From NCBI RefSeq assembly GCF_046119375.1, contig NW_027362765.1, forward strand, positions 174,344,001-174,408,000: a DNA stretch of 64,000 nt. Direction: 5' to 3'. The translations under genes were made by a program, and so were the position numbers. This document shows, piece after piece, positions 1 to 13,196 of this stretch. The notes under the pieces are model-generated. The model was not told the DNA's origin. It was given only the letters and a program-made list of their open reading frames with translations, and did not search any database. The first letter of the stretch is position 1; every line of letters starts with the position of its first letter. The DNA comes from Phyllobates terribilis. Taxonomy: Eukaryota.

Positions 1-1575
1 TTTTCATGGCTATGAAAATTGTACATTCACACTGAAGGCATCAAAACTATGAATTAACACATGTGGAATTATATACTTAACAAAAAAGTGTTAAACAACT
101 GAAAATATGTCTTATATTCTAGGTTCTTCAAAGTAGCCACCTTTTGCTTTGATGACTGCTTTGCACACTCTTGGCATTCTCTTGATGAGCTTCAAGAGGT
201 AGTCAACGGAAATGGTCTTCCAACAATCTTGAAGGAGTTCCCAGAGATGCATAGCACTTGTTGGCCCTTTTGCCTTCACTCTGCGGTCCAGCTCACCCCA
301 AACCATCTCGATTGGGTTCAGGTCTGGTGACTGTGGAGGCCAGGTCATCTAGCGTAGCACCCCATCACTCTCCTTCTTGGTCAAATAGCCCTTACACAGC
401 CTGGAGGTCTGTTTGGGGTTATTGTCCTGTTGAAAAATAAATGATGGTCCAACTAAACGCAAACCGGATGGAATAGCATGCCGCTGCAAGATGCTGTGGT
501 AGCCATGCTGGTTCAGTATGCCTTCAATTTTGAATAAATCCCCAACAGTGTCACCAGCAAAGCACCCCCACACCATCACACCTCCTCCTCCATGCTTCAC
601 GGTGGGAACCAGGCATGTAGAGTCCATCCGTTCACCTTTTCTGCGTCGCTCAAAGACGCAGTGGTTGGAACCAAAGATCTCAAATTTGGACTCATCAGAC
701 CAAAGCACAGATTTCCACTGGTCTAATGTCCATTCCTTGTGTTCTTTAGCCCAAACAAGTCTCTTCTGCTTGTTGCCTGTCCTTAGCAGTGGTTTCCTAG
801 CAGCTATTTTACCATGAAGGCCTGCTGCACAAAGTCTCCTCTTAACAGTTGTTGAAGAGATGTGTCTGCTGCTAGAACTCTGTGTGGCATTGACCTGGTC
901 TCTAATCTGAGCTGCTGTTAACCTGCGATTTCTGAGGCTGGTGACTCGGATAAACATCCTCAGAAGCAGAGGTGACTCTTGGTCTTCCTTTCCTGGGGCG
1001 GTCCTCATGTGAGCCAGTTTCTTTGTAGCGCTTGATGGTTTTTGCAACTGCACTTGGGGACACTTTCAAAGTTTGCCCAATTTTTCACACTGACTGACAT
1101 TCATTTCTTAAAGTAATGATGGCCACTCGTTTTTCTTTACTTAGCTGCTTTTTTCTAGCCATAATACAAATGCTAACAGTCTGTTCAGTAGGACCATCAG
1201 CTGTGTATCCACCAGACTTCTGCACAACACAACTGATGGTCCCAACCCCATTTATAAGGCAAGAAATCCCACTTATTAAACCTGACAGGGCACACCTGTG
1301 AAGTGAAAACCATTTCCGGTGACTACCTCTTGAAGCTCATCAAGAGAATGCCAAGAGTGTGCAAAGCAGTCATCAAAACAAAAGGTGGCCACTTTGAAGA
1401 ACCTAGAATATAACACATATTTTCAGTTGTTTCACTTTTTTTGTTAAGTATATAATTCCACATGTGTTAATTCATAGTTTTGATGCCTTCAGTATGAATG
1501 TACAATTTTCATAGTCATGAAAATACAGAAAAATCTTTAAATGAGAAGGTGTGTCCAAACTTTTGGTCTGTACTG
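1..1575 (-). mobile_element. Tc1/mariner DNA transposon, DD38E type; left end runs off the window
   Basis: About 270-bp TIR (1305-1575) is the reverse complement of 1-~220; the element ends ...tactg|TA at 1575; transposase remnants lie on the minus strand. Confidence 0.92.
112..1162 (-). pseudogene. Disrupted Tc1-family transposase
   Basis: Starts MARKKQLSKEKRVAIITLRN at 1162, then a stop and a frameshift. WSDE, QQDN and NPIE motifs are present; an in-frame stop at 349-351 joins ORFs 349-1053 and 112-348. Confidence 0.9.
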
Positions 1576-2223
1576 TATGTTTTCATGGGATTGCTCACTC
1601 ACATCGGCAATACTGGGAAATTGTGACAACGTGGCCATTCAGAAGTCTGAATTAAAAATCTGTAAACGTTGCTCTCAAACCAGGACAACCCTTTAAAGTG
1701 TAACCGTTGTTTTAATTCATACATTAGTATGAAAATAAGCAACTTTGCAATATATCTTATCAGATAAATCTGCTTCTTTCTCCTCCTTGACTGATCTTTC
1801 AATCTCAATTCGTGGGTAAAATTTATATTCAATGAAGATAGATTTTCCCATTACAGAGATAGGAGATGGAAGTTGGTGCTTATAAGATTCTATGGAGGAG
1901 GAAGGAGCAAGAGGCAGAGACACAGACATCCTGCTGCACGTTTTCCTGAAATAATAATTACATTATAAAGCACAATATTTTTAAAGGAGTTTTCCGAAAA
2001 ACAAAGTTTATACTCTTTTACTCCCTGCCCTCACCCAGGAGCTGTGGTATGATCAGATCATGTCCCTGTACGGTCAGACACAGCCATTACACAGTACACA
2101 GCAGGGACACATTTATAAGATTATCTCAGCACAGGAACAATTTATTTAAACACATCCAAGTGTGGAATTTATTATTATTCCAAGGTCTATTAATTAAAAT
2201 GTAATTTATTTGTGGGAAAACCC

Positions 2224-3518
2224 AACCCCTTAATGACCAGGCCATTTTACATTTTTGTGTTTTTGTTTTTTGCTCCTCTTCTTCCTAGAGCCATAACTTT
2301 TTTAGTTTTTGGTCAATATGGCCATGTCAGGGCTTTGTTTTGGGGAGACAAGTTGTACTGTTGAACGACACCATTGGTTTTACCATTTCGTGTACTGGAA
2401 AACGGGAAAAAAATTCAAGTCAAGTAAAATTGCAAAAAAAGTGCAATACCACAGTTTTTTGGTTTTCTTTTTTACCATGTTCACTAAATGCTAAAACTAA
2501 CCTATCATTATGATTCTCCAGGTCATAGAATCATAGAATCATAGAATGGTAGAGTTGGAAGGGACCTCCTGGGTCATCTGGTCCAACCCCCTGCTCAAAG
2601 CAGGTCATTACGAGTTCGCAGATACCAAACATGTATAGGTTCTTTTTATTTAAGTGGTGAAAAAAATATCCAAAGTTTGTTAAAAAAAAAAAAAATGGCG
2701 CCATTTTCCGAGATCAGTATCGTCTCCATTTTTTGAGATCTGGGGCCGGGTTAGGGATCATTTTTTGCACACCGAGCTGACGTTTTTATTGATACCATTT
2801 TGGGGTAGATCCGATGTTTTGATCGCCCGTTATTGCACTTTATTGCAATGTTGCGGCAACCAAAAAAACTTAATTCTGGTGTTTTTAATTTTTTTATCAT
2901 TATGCCGTTTACCGATCAAATTACTTATTTTTTTATATTGATAGATCGGGCGATTCTGAATGCGGCGATACCAAATATGTGTATATTCGATTTTTTTTAT
3001 TGTTTTATTTTGAATGGGGTGAAAGGGGGGTGATTTCAACTTTTATATTTTTTTGATATTTTTACAAACTCTTTTTTTTACTTTTTGCATGCTTCAATAG
3101 TCTCCATGGGAGACTAGAAGCTGCGATTGTTTGATAGCATTTGTGTAGCAGAAATGCTGACATGCTATGAGTGCATCCCAGCAATGACAACCGCAGGGGT
3201 CTCCTGCACATCCTGAGTTGTCATACCAACCCATCGGCAATCCGCAATTATGTGACGGGGTCGTCGATGGGCGGAGCCAACGACGCGCTTCCGGTAAGCG
3301 TGAGTTAAATGCCGCTGTCAGAGATTGACAGCGGCATTTATCTAGTTAACAGCCACTGGTGGACAGCAATTCCACCCAGGGTTGTTGCGGGCACATGTCA
3401 GTGGTATAGATCAGCTGACATGTGCCCAGAAAGGTGCGGGCTCAGTGCCGGAGCCTGCACCAAACACGGGGATTGGACATGTGTCGTACTATTACGGCAC
3501 ACGTCATAAAGGGGTTAA
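2224..3518. mobile_element. Non-autonomous TTAA-flanked DNA transposon (Kolobok/T2-like), same family as 58492-61825
   Basis: Ends aacccct-taatgacc ... aaaggggTTAA; interior is reverse-complement homologous to parts of 59100-59820 and 4150-4843. Confidence 0.7.
2523..2605 (-). mobile_element. 5'-truncated CR1 LINE 3' tail
   Basis: (CATAGAAT)x3 is the reverse complement of the CR1 terminal (ATTCTATG)n; followed by ttggaagggacc...tccaacccc; caggtcat is duplicated on both sides. Confidence 0.8.
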
Positions 3519-4149
3519 GGATACCTCCACATTACAGCATCCAGTGGTAAATAGCATGATTTTTAAAACATTAAAACAATCCTATAAAGAAAGAGTGGGA
3601 TCTCGTAGACATCTATGGATATAGTTTTACTTCTCTATAAACGGCAATGCTGTACAGTGTCTTAGTACAGCCATTTCCATGTGTAAAAAAAAAAGACAGA
3701 ATTCGACCTGGACTACAGTGTTTCATGAGGTTTTTGCGCCTCCTAGTGGCTATTTTATGATGTCATTTAATCCAGATGCAAAATAACAAACTCAAAAAAC
3801 AAATGCCAGATGTTCTATATGTTATAATTTAAGAAAACATGAGCAATATTCTGGTAAGTTAAACTGTAATCAGCCTAAGGCTTTGTTCAAATTGCATTTT
3901 AGCATACATTCAGTGGCTTCGTCGGGTTTACCTTTGAAGACCGACAGAATAGGATTCAGGCATAGGCGTCGATGAGCCATTGACTATAATGATACAGAGG
4001 GACCCACAGTATGCTCTGTTAGACATCATTTTTGGCCATAGGTCTTTTAAAAACATGTTATTATCTATCTGCAGGATAGTCGATTAGTTACTGATCAGAG
4101 GAGGTCAGATTGCTGGGACCCGCACTGATTAGCGAACAGAAAAATATTT

Positions 4150-4843
4150 AAATGTTCAAATCACCCCCTTTTCTCCTATTATAAATAAAGATATTAAAAA
4201 ATGCACATATGTGGATCATAATGTCCATAAATTTTTGATCTATTAAAATCTAAAATGAATTAACTGGATCGAAAAATGGCATAATGAGAAATAACTTAAA
4301 TGCCAAAATTACATTTTTTCAGCCGCCCAAACACTGCAAAAAATGCAATAAGAGGCGATTAAAACATCATATGTACACCAAAATGTTATCAATAAAAACG
4401 CCGCCTCAGGGCACAAAAAAAAAACATGCCCTCAACCCATTGACCAAAAAATGAAAACATTACAGGTCTCGGAAAATGTCAACATAAGCAAAAAAATGTT
4501 TTCTTACAAATTTCAGCCATTTATAATAAAAAAAAACTATACATGTTTTGTATCTTCGTAATTGTACTGACCTGGAGAGTCATATTGCCAGGCCACTTAC
4601 CATATAGTGAAAATGTCAATTTAAAAAAAAAAAGTGGATTTGTGCTTTTTGTTGCATTTTTGCCACACTTGGAATCATTTTCACGCTTTCCAGTGCATCA
4701 CATGATAAAAGGTATGGTGTCATTCAAAAGTACAACTCGTCCCGCAAAAAAACAAGCACTCATATGGCTATGCCGACGGAAAAATAAAAAATGTATAGCT
4801 CTTGGAAGAAAAATGTAAAGTTGCCATGTTGAGAAGAGGTTAA
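4150..4843. mobile_element. 3' fragment of the large TTAA-flanked element family
   Basis: Colinear similarity to about 59030-59820; ends gagaagaggTTAA. Confidence 0.6.
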
Positions 4844-5215
4844 AAGGGGTGGTCCACTACTAGGACAACCCCTTCTCGTTCCTCGTTTGGCCCCATTATG
4901 TTACGTGAGCCCTGCGCCCGATCAGCGCTGGCGTTACTGTCCCTGTCTTCTGAGAAATCGAACATCAAGAGGAAGTCAGAAAGCAGCCACCGCCCTGACT
5001 TCCTGTGGATGTTTGATACGGTGGGGACAGTGACGCCAGCGCTGATTGGGCACGTTGCTCTTGTGACATAACAACCTCACGTGAGCCCTGGGAACGCGAG
5101 TGCCGACACCGCTGAAACAGCGTCGCACCAGAGATGAGTATAGGTGTTTTTATTTTAACGGGAGCAAACATTCAGATTAAGAAGGAGTTGTCCTGGTAGT
5201 GGATAACCCCTGTAA
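4840..5215. mobile_element. TTAA-type MITE
   Basis: TIRs ttaaaaggggtggtccactactaggacaac / gttgtcctggtagtggataacccctgtaa and a palindromic interior. Confidence 0.7.
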
Positions 5216-5699
5216 AGATGCTGTCATTGTCTCATGTTTGTTCTTCAGGAGCGCACCGCTCCTCTGCCTCTAAGCTTCCTGCTTGCTGAGGAACTTTGCG
5301 CTCCTAAAGATTGACAGTGCAGATCAACAGTATTGGAGAAGATCAAGAGGAATGAGGCTGCTCGGATCTTAAAACTTAGGGAGGTGGTCTCATTCATGGA
5401 GACCCTAACTGGTCGATCCAGCCCCTTGAATGTATTAGCTTCAGTCATTTATTTGAATGACCGGCATGTAACACTACATGTATGGTGGAGCAACCTGGCA
5501 ATTTGAGTTGATTGCTTTGGAGTTGTCTCTAATCCCAGCCATTTTAAACCTTAGATGCAGCCGGCAAATGGGCATCTAAGTGGTTTGACGAAGGGAGAGG
5601 GCTCCCTCTGTAACCCCACTGGCAAACTGATGGGTTGCTATGGCAGTCAGTGACCTAACAGTGGCAGCCATGTTAGTACACCTATTAGGCAGGGGCTAA

Positions 5700-5900
5700 T
5701 AGGATGCTTGTTGTCCATGGCCCCACTATCAGCATTTTTCTCAGGAATGGGAGCCAAAACCAGGTGAGGAACAATCAGAGAAAAGGTATAATAGAAACAA
5801 GTCACCAATTCTGCATTTATCACCCACTCCTGGTTTTGGCTCCCACTCCTGAGAAAAAATACTGACCGAATACTGACCAAATACTGATAATGGGGCCATT
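5700..5900. mobile_element. Palindromic MITE family (atcagtatttggtcagt...); other copies near 6540-6715, 11725-11912, 22965-23245, 30440-30570 and 34575-34752
   Basis: Six recognisable copies of a ~190-bp fold-back unit with ccaaaaccaggagtgg / ccactcctggttttgg arms. Confidence 0.75.
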
Positions 5901-7074
5901 ATGCTGACAGGTACAATTACCTGCTATAGAGAAATATTGAGTAGTCTAATCCCTTCTGGGACAAAAAAAAGTGGACTAAATATTTAACTCCTCTGTGACA
6001 GCTGCCCTTCATATACGGTGGTTGTGTGCCATCACAATATGGAGCGGGCTCAGGAGTTGCGTTTTCACCTTTAGTGTCCAAATCTATTGCTCAGTTTTCC
6101 AGAAATGGTTCTTTATTCAAATATGCTATTGAAGCGCTGTGTGCACGCTGGGCGTGGCTGGGCAGTGCAGTGCACCTTCCCACCTACTTGTTTTGCATCT
6201 AGAAATAGCAGTGAATTCATACCCTGCAGATTTTGCTGCTGAAATTCCTTAGACAGAAAAAAAAGGCTCCATTCATCTGAATAGGATGACTGCATAACTT
6301 TCGGCAACAAAATCTGCCCCATTCTTCCGCTATGCTCCATCCTATGTCCGGCTGTCTCGCTCTTGTTCCTGTGTCTTGTTCTACTGTCTATACGCTAGAG
6401 GGGGCAGGCACAGCTAGTGAAATAAACCATCTACAGCCAAGTGTCTGGTCACGTGCCAACACAAGAACTGCTGTCCTGTGTCAATCATGACCCCACGACA
6501 ATGGCGCCCAGAACTCGGGGTGAGAGGTGGAACATGGCCGAAGGCCCCGTTCAGTATTTGGTCTGTATTTTACCTCAGCATTTGTAAGACAAAACCAGGA
6601 GTGGGTAATAAATACAGAAGTGGTGATGTGTTTCTATTATACTTTTCCTCTGATTGTTCCACTCCTGGTTTTGGTTTATAAATACTGATGTAAAATACTG
6701 ACCAAATACTGATCGTAACAGTACGGCTACCAGCAGCTACAAATCACGCCTCCTAATGGTCAGCCATGTAATGTACATTATATATGGGAATATCCCTGCT
6801 CCTGGGTCACTCCACAACTAGGCAGGTCTGCAATACAGGATTCTGGGTGACAACATCTAGGCTACATCTAGTGTAATGGAGGTCACGACCTCTGACAGCT
6901 GGGTAAGATGCAACTAAGTATCTATGAATCCTAAAGCAGCCAGTGTTCAGGGCTTATAGACTGGAGCGTTTTCTTAGGTACAATTTCTCCAGCAGTGAAC
7001 TGGCCATAAATATCCCTTAACATGTACAACTTGCAAAATCCATAATCCTCTAGCCCTCGCTCGTCTCAGTCTCC

Positions 7075-7740
7075 AAAAACATGGCGGCGCGGCGCGGCCC
7101 TCTCCATGGAGTCAGCGAGAAAACATAGTGAGCGCTCTAGTGGATATCATGAGGTAACGCCCCTAAGCGCTACAGCCAATCACGTAGTGTTGCCGGAGCT
7201 TTCCTATTGGCTGCTCGTAGAAATTGGTGTTAGTGAACTGCACAAAAGCTGCACTTCCCAGAGACTCGGCACAACTTTACGTGACATGTAGGTGCAAGGA
7301 CAACTAGAAACATAGCGTAGGGAACCAAAAAGCATGTGATGGTTAAGAGCCTATTTCTGATTGGTTACTGGTAATGCCCATCAGGGTACTAATCAGCATG
7401 CTCATTGTTGATTGGCCCAATCGCTTGTCCATCTTCCAACGACCTATTGGCGATTGGTGGCTAACTGCGTCACTCCGTTGGGGGAAGCGGATGGTTGGCT
7501 ACGTCGCCGCAGGTTGGGGTAGGCGGAACACTGTGAGTTTCGGTGCGGGCTCGGTAACAGGATATGTGCTGGTAGATAACCGGTGAGTTTTGTGGCTTCC
7601 GGTATGTACGTGGGGATGGGACGGAAGCCGGGATTTGTTTTTTTTTCTTTCTCTTACCGGAGCAGGGTGGGGCTGATACAGGGTGGGCGCTTCCGGGGTG
7701 GGGCGGGACTGGTGTAAACAGGATGTTTTATATTGGGACA
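7075..7740 (+). promoter_or_regulatory. sp2: sp2 CpG-rich promoter and probable first exon
   Basis: CpG-dense. CCAAT/ATTGG at 7176, 7206, 7360, 7411, 7417, 7446 and 7453; YY1-like AACATGGCGGC at 7078; GC box GGGGCGGGA at 7700; candidate donors gtgagt at 7533 and 7583. Confidence 0.75.
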
Positions 7741-10139
7741 CTACAAGGGGAGAAGTGTGGGCCCAAGAGCTGACTATCAAACTTACCGGGGCAGAGACAC
7801 TGTCCTGCGCGGAGCAGCCGGGACCCGCATAATAACCCTCCACTTACACCCACAGCTGCACTGTGCAGTCCCATGTAACAGCTGCAGACGGCTCCAGGCC
7901 ATGGGGTCCTCTCAGCTGTGCAGCTGCCTGTCCTTATAGAGGGTCCAGTCACATCTGAGACCCCCAGAGAGGCGTCACTGTTAGTGGGGAGAGCAGAGTC
8001 TGTATGTGCTGCGCTGTTTTCGCCACCAAGACAGTAGGGACTATGGTGGAACCCTGTTGAGCGACATTAAAAGACAGTGGTGCCCGTCTTGCAGATCTGG
8101 AGCGGCGTAGGCTGAAGTTGTCCCTTTAACGAGCACCTATTGACCATACCTACACGTACTGTTTAAATTTACATATAGCTTGTATGGCAGCCGGCTCGGA
8201 CTGGCCCATAGGGGGCAGGTGAATCTCCCAGTGGGCCCTTCTGCATGCGTGAGCTCCCCATCCGCTATATGAACAAGTAGTTGGCACCTGTTTAACTATG
8301 TACTGACATAGAAAAACCAAAGACAAGCAAAATACGCAAGTAACTGGAAGTAAATGGGTACATCGCACGTGCAAAAATAATAAATAATGAAGGGTATTAA
8401 GTTAATTTTGATCAAAATAATGTAAAAGCTATCCCGCCACGTCACGGCAACCCTTATGGGACAGTCCTAACTCTAATATTAAAACCTTACTATTTGTCAA
8501 GTGACCTACATATGGATAAGGGCAGAGAGACTGAACCCCTAGTAGAAACATAGACCTGAAGCAGAACGAAAATTTCAGCTCAGACAAAGGGCGGCCACTT
8601 TTTTTTTTATGTACTGACATAGCCGTGTCTCATCATTGAACAGACTACCCAGTGCATTTTTATATAGAAGCAGAATTAGATTTGTGAATGAGCGTAAGGT
8701 AATATTTGCATGTAGCTGAACAGTGGCCCCCATTACCAATGCTACTGGGGGTCCCTTGACAGCCCTGTCCAACACAGTGTAGTAACATAAACAATCTGAT
8801 CACCCGACGAACATATTGGTCACCTGTGTATTCCTCTACAACATGTCTACAGCGACACCTCTACCTGGACCCTTAGTTATATTTTTTCCAGGACAACTGG
8901 GTGGTAATGAATATGGCCATCATGTCCTCCATGGGTTGTTATACAGCTCCCTAGACTGCAGACCTAACTAGTAGAGTTTGTTTGAATCGACCAGTAATCT
9001 GTGGCTGCTGGATGGGAGCCCTAAGAATCACCTACTGAAAAGCAGCAGTAGCTCTTCTTTTGATTAGCCGGCCTGGTATGATGGCGTGTCCCACATGTGA
9101 CATTGCGGCAGAAGAGCCACATATACTGTGAGATAGGAAACTGTTCTCAGGGTCACATCCTGCAGCCACGGATGAGACGTGATTGATGGACCAGATCCTG
9201 TGAATCGATTCACATCAACTCCACATAGGTATACAGGGACATAATCGCAATCGATTGCTACTAGGATTTCATAGAACTGCACTAGAGTTCAATCACCAGT
9301 ATGACATCTACTGATGAGGAATGAAATGGGGAAGGGAGGTTCTGCTCCTCCATACTCTGTGTTGTGCTGGGCTCATCATCCAGAGGGCCACTGTGAGCTG
9401 ATTGGCTGCAGCGTTCACATTTTGTCCAAGAGCAAGAAACACGATCACTGAATATCCTTTTTTTCCACTTTATGGGCCCATTAATAAAAGGTTGTTTAGT
9501 ACTGCACAATCCCTTTAAGCTGTGTCTAGCAAAGCTGGGTAGCAACCAATAAGGCTACAACAACCCCTCTTAGAGCAAAAGCATACAGGGTGGATTTTCC
9601 GTGCAGAAAATCTGCATATGACAGTAGAAACGTTCTGTGTGAGAGTTCACAAAATCTCATTCACATGCTGCATAAAAATGTCGACATCTAAGCATTTTCA
9701 ATTTGCAGCATGTCACTTATCCTGCGGATTCAATCTATTGCAGTGTATTTCCACCACAACATCTGCACAATCTATTGCAGATTTTGCCACTGTAGCCTTG
9801 CCAGGCTGCCGTCTGATTTCTACCTTCTAAATACCCATGTACAGGGGTGCTGTTTTTTTTTTATTATTTTAGTATTATTGATGCTATTTTTTTTCTGAAA
9901 GTTTTTTTTTTTTAATAGAAACAAAATAAAAAGAGAACTCTTCTCAGATTGTAAAAACAAATAAAACTTTATTTGTAATCTGCAAGTGTGGAGTTCCTGC
10001 AAATCTGTTTAGATTTTTTTTTAGATTTGTGACAATGAGACCAGATGAAGACAAATTAAAAGGTTGTCACCGGAAAGCAATTCTTTCTCTAAAGGCCGCT
10101 GCCCAGTCTAGCACCTGATTATTGCTAATCCATCTATAG

Positions 10140-10660
10140 CAGGGTTGTCAAACTCAAACACACAGAGGGCCAAAATGAAAAACTTTGACAAAGTCACGGG
10201 CCAACCAGTATACAGTATAATGGGCCCCACATAGTCCACCATACAGAATAATGGCCCCACATAGTCCTCCATACAGAATAATGGGCCCACACAGTAGTCC
10301 GTACAAAATGATGGGCACCACACGGTCCTCCGTACAAAATGATGGGCACCACACGGTCCTCCGTACAAAATGATGGGCACCACACGGTCCTCCGTACAAA
10401 ATGATGGGCACCACACTGTCTTCCGTACAAAATAAAGGTCCCCACACAGTCCTCCATACAGTATAATGGGCTCCATACAGTATAATGGCCCCACATAGTC
10501 CTCCATACGGTATAATGGGTCCCACATAGTCCTCCATACAGTACAATAGGCCTCACAAAGTCCTCCATACAGAATAATGGCCCCTCATAGGGGTGATGGT
10601 TCTGGTGTCGCGGGCCAAATATAATCATGCTGCTGGCCAGATTTGGCCCACGGGTCAGAG
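10140..10660. mobile_element. hAT-like non-autonomous element with an internal 31-bp minisatellite (10210-10580)
   Basis: Starts cagggttgtcaaact...gggcc; unit gtcctccgtacaaaatgatgggcaccacacg; right end degenerate. Confidence 0.6.
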
Positions 10661-13133
10661 GACTCCCGATCAGCTGGTATTGCTGGATGTTACACTATGT
10701 GGTCATACATTACAATGGCTGCTTCATGGGAATTTTAGGGTATGTCCACCTACGCTGGAAATGCTACAGATTTTTAAAAGTAGATTACAGTAGCAGACAT
10801 GTAGGAGAGATCTGAACAAATGTCATCTACATGTTGTAGGGGTTTTTTTTTGCATGGAAATGACCTATAGTGTGGATTTGTATATCCATGACATGTTAAT
10901 TTCGGTTGTGGATTAATAAATCTGATTTCAGCTATTCAATTTGCCACAAATCTGCAGCTATTTTTTTGCCATTGGTGGGCCAGATCTTCGTATCACAGGA
11001 TGATCTTGGCTTTCCATGGTTTTTCAAGGAGCATGCTCAGTGGAGGACCATCCCTTTAATTGTCCATGTGCTCTAACAGAGTATGGGTCCTCTTTGAGAC
11101 GACTTCTTTTGACAGCAGAAGTATTCAGATATGCACAGGTTGGATAAGGCTACATTCCCACATAGTGTGTCAGTGTCCTAACCTGTCTCGGCAACCTTAC
11201 ATATGTTTATGAGGCTGTTAAAGGCGGTCCTCCAGGCTTGTTGATCAAGTCTGCAGTCACTCAAGTGACTACAGACTTGTGAATCCTTACAGCGCGCAGT
11301 CAGGATTCTCCGTGTGATTTGCTTACTTCCGGCTACATTCCGATTCTAGATGTGTGCAGCCTCGCTCAATTCACTTGTATTGAGTGAGACCACTGGATGT
11401 CTAGTCTACACGTGAACCCATGTATGGATATCGCATACTTGCGATTACTCGCCCCTCCACGCCTGGAACAGGAGAATTCTGACAGCGTGCCCTGTGCGCA
11501 CTGTGAGGATTCACCAGTCTGCAGTTACATAGAGTAACTAGAGCCCCAAGCCTGGAGAACCCCTTTAAGTTTTGGTTTGAAGACAAGCCGCCAGTTCGTG
11601 CATCGGACCGTGACACTAATGTGTGAATGTATCCTAAGACTAGATTTTATCTATGCATCCAGTGGCCTGAAATGCAAGATCACCAGCAGTTTAGCTTATG
11701 TTCGCTTGTAACAAGTAAGTCTCCGTTCACACTATCAGTATTTGGTCAGTATTTTCCCTCAGTATTTGTAAGCCAAAACCAGGAGAGGAACAATCAGAGG
11801 AGAAGTATAATAGAAACTCGTCACCACTTCTGTATTTATCACCCACTCCTGGTTTTGGCTTACAAATACTGAGGTAAAATACTGACCCAATACTGAACGT
11901 GTGAACGTGGCCTAGTACAGAAAATGTCACCACAACCTGCATGATAATACATATGGCTTTGTCTGTCTAATCAGCTTTATATAAGGGGGAGTTATAGCAG
12001 AAACCTGGAGCTCTCCCTATGAAGTGGGATGTAATATCACATATAAACGGCTGCCGTGGTTCCCATTGTGCAGGCTTCCTCACTTATTTATATGAGTTAA
12101 TAAATGTCTTATATTTTAGGTTTCTGATTTTGCTTGTTCTTCAGTAAGAGGAGAAATTCTGGAATGTCAGTATTTAGCTCACGAATAGATTTATTATATG
12201 AGAAGACCTTGTGAAGAAAACCCAGCCTTTGAGATGATCCAGCTCCATTGCATCTACTAGACTCTTGTTGTGTAGCGTAAAGGTCAGTATCACAGCCGTA
12301 CCATATCTGTGTGTCCCTTTATACTTAGTCCTGGACTTCCTGCTCCAGTAATCTTTGTTTTGCTGTACTTCTTATGTCAGGTAGTGTTGTACAGTCCTTG
12401 CTGTACCCGGCGCGTACACTCTGTACAGTTTTGTGCTGTACTCTTGTACTCCCTGCAGACTTGTCAGTGCAGCTTTAGGACCGGATATAAGAAATTGGTA
12501 ATTGTGGTCTGATACTGGACAAATATCGCAATATATTTATAAAGTTTCTCAATTTTTTTAATGGAAATTATTTCTGTATTGAAATTGTAAGATTGTGTTT
12601 AAAGGATCAATTAAAGGGGACCGGTCATGTCCAGAAACTATGTATCTGCAGATAGATATAGGGGTAATCTGCAGGTTAATAGTTTTTATATCCACTTTGT
12701 CCGGGTACTGGAGCAGCGGTGAAAGTAAGTGTTATTCTCCCTGCAGCCACTCGTTTCCAGTCATCAGGGCAGTGAACCCCTGTATTTTGATTGACAGCGT
12801 GCTCCACACACATACCCTGCAGATCAGGCTGTCAAACTGCCGGGGAGTGATTACAGAGCTTACCGATCCCTGCACCGCCCTGGTGACTGGAAGCGAGCTA
12901 CTGCAGGGAGAATAAAACGTCATTTTCTCCCTGTAACCAAGCTTCCAGTATGTTGGCTACACAGGATTTAAATGTGATTTACCTACAGATTACCCCTATA
13001 TAAGGTTGAAGATGAGATTTATAATAGATATTTCTCTGCTCCAGTTTATATAAGCACAAACTGGCAACATAGAAATGCCTATTTGCTATTTGTGTAATTA
13101 ATAACCTATTTCTGCCATTCTGTATAGTTCATT

Positions 13134-13196
13134 ATGACTGCCACTGCTGCAGTGAGTCCCAGTGAGTACCTGCAACCTGCTGTCTCCGCTGCTCAG
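13134..13196 (+). CDS. sp2: Sp2 coding exon (N-terminus MTATAAVSPSEYLQPAVSAAQ)
   Basis: Matches the SP2 N-terminal MAATAAVSPSDYLQPAASTTQ; acceptor tag|13128, donor cag|gtaagt, phase 0. Not in the ORF track because it is short. Confidence 0.9.

Noticed and set aside
9321-9345. CTGATGA...GAAA resembling a hammerhead core
   Set aside because: There is no stem II between the motifs and no stem I/III pairing.
10108-10628. Three overlapping minus-strand ORFs of 130-144 aa
   Set aside because: They come from the 31-bp tandem repeat.
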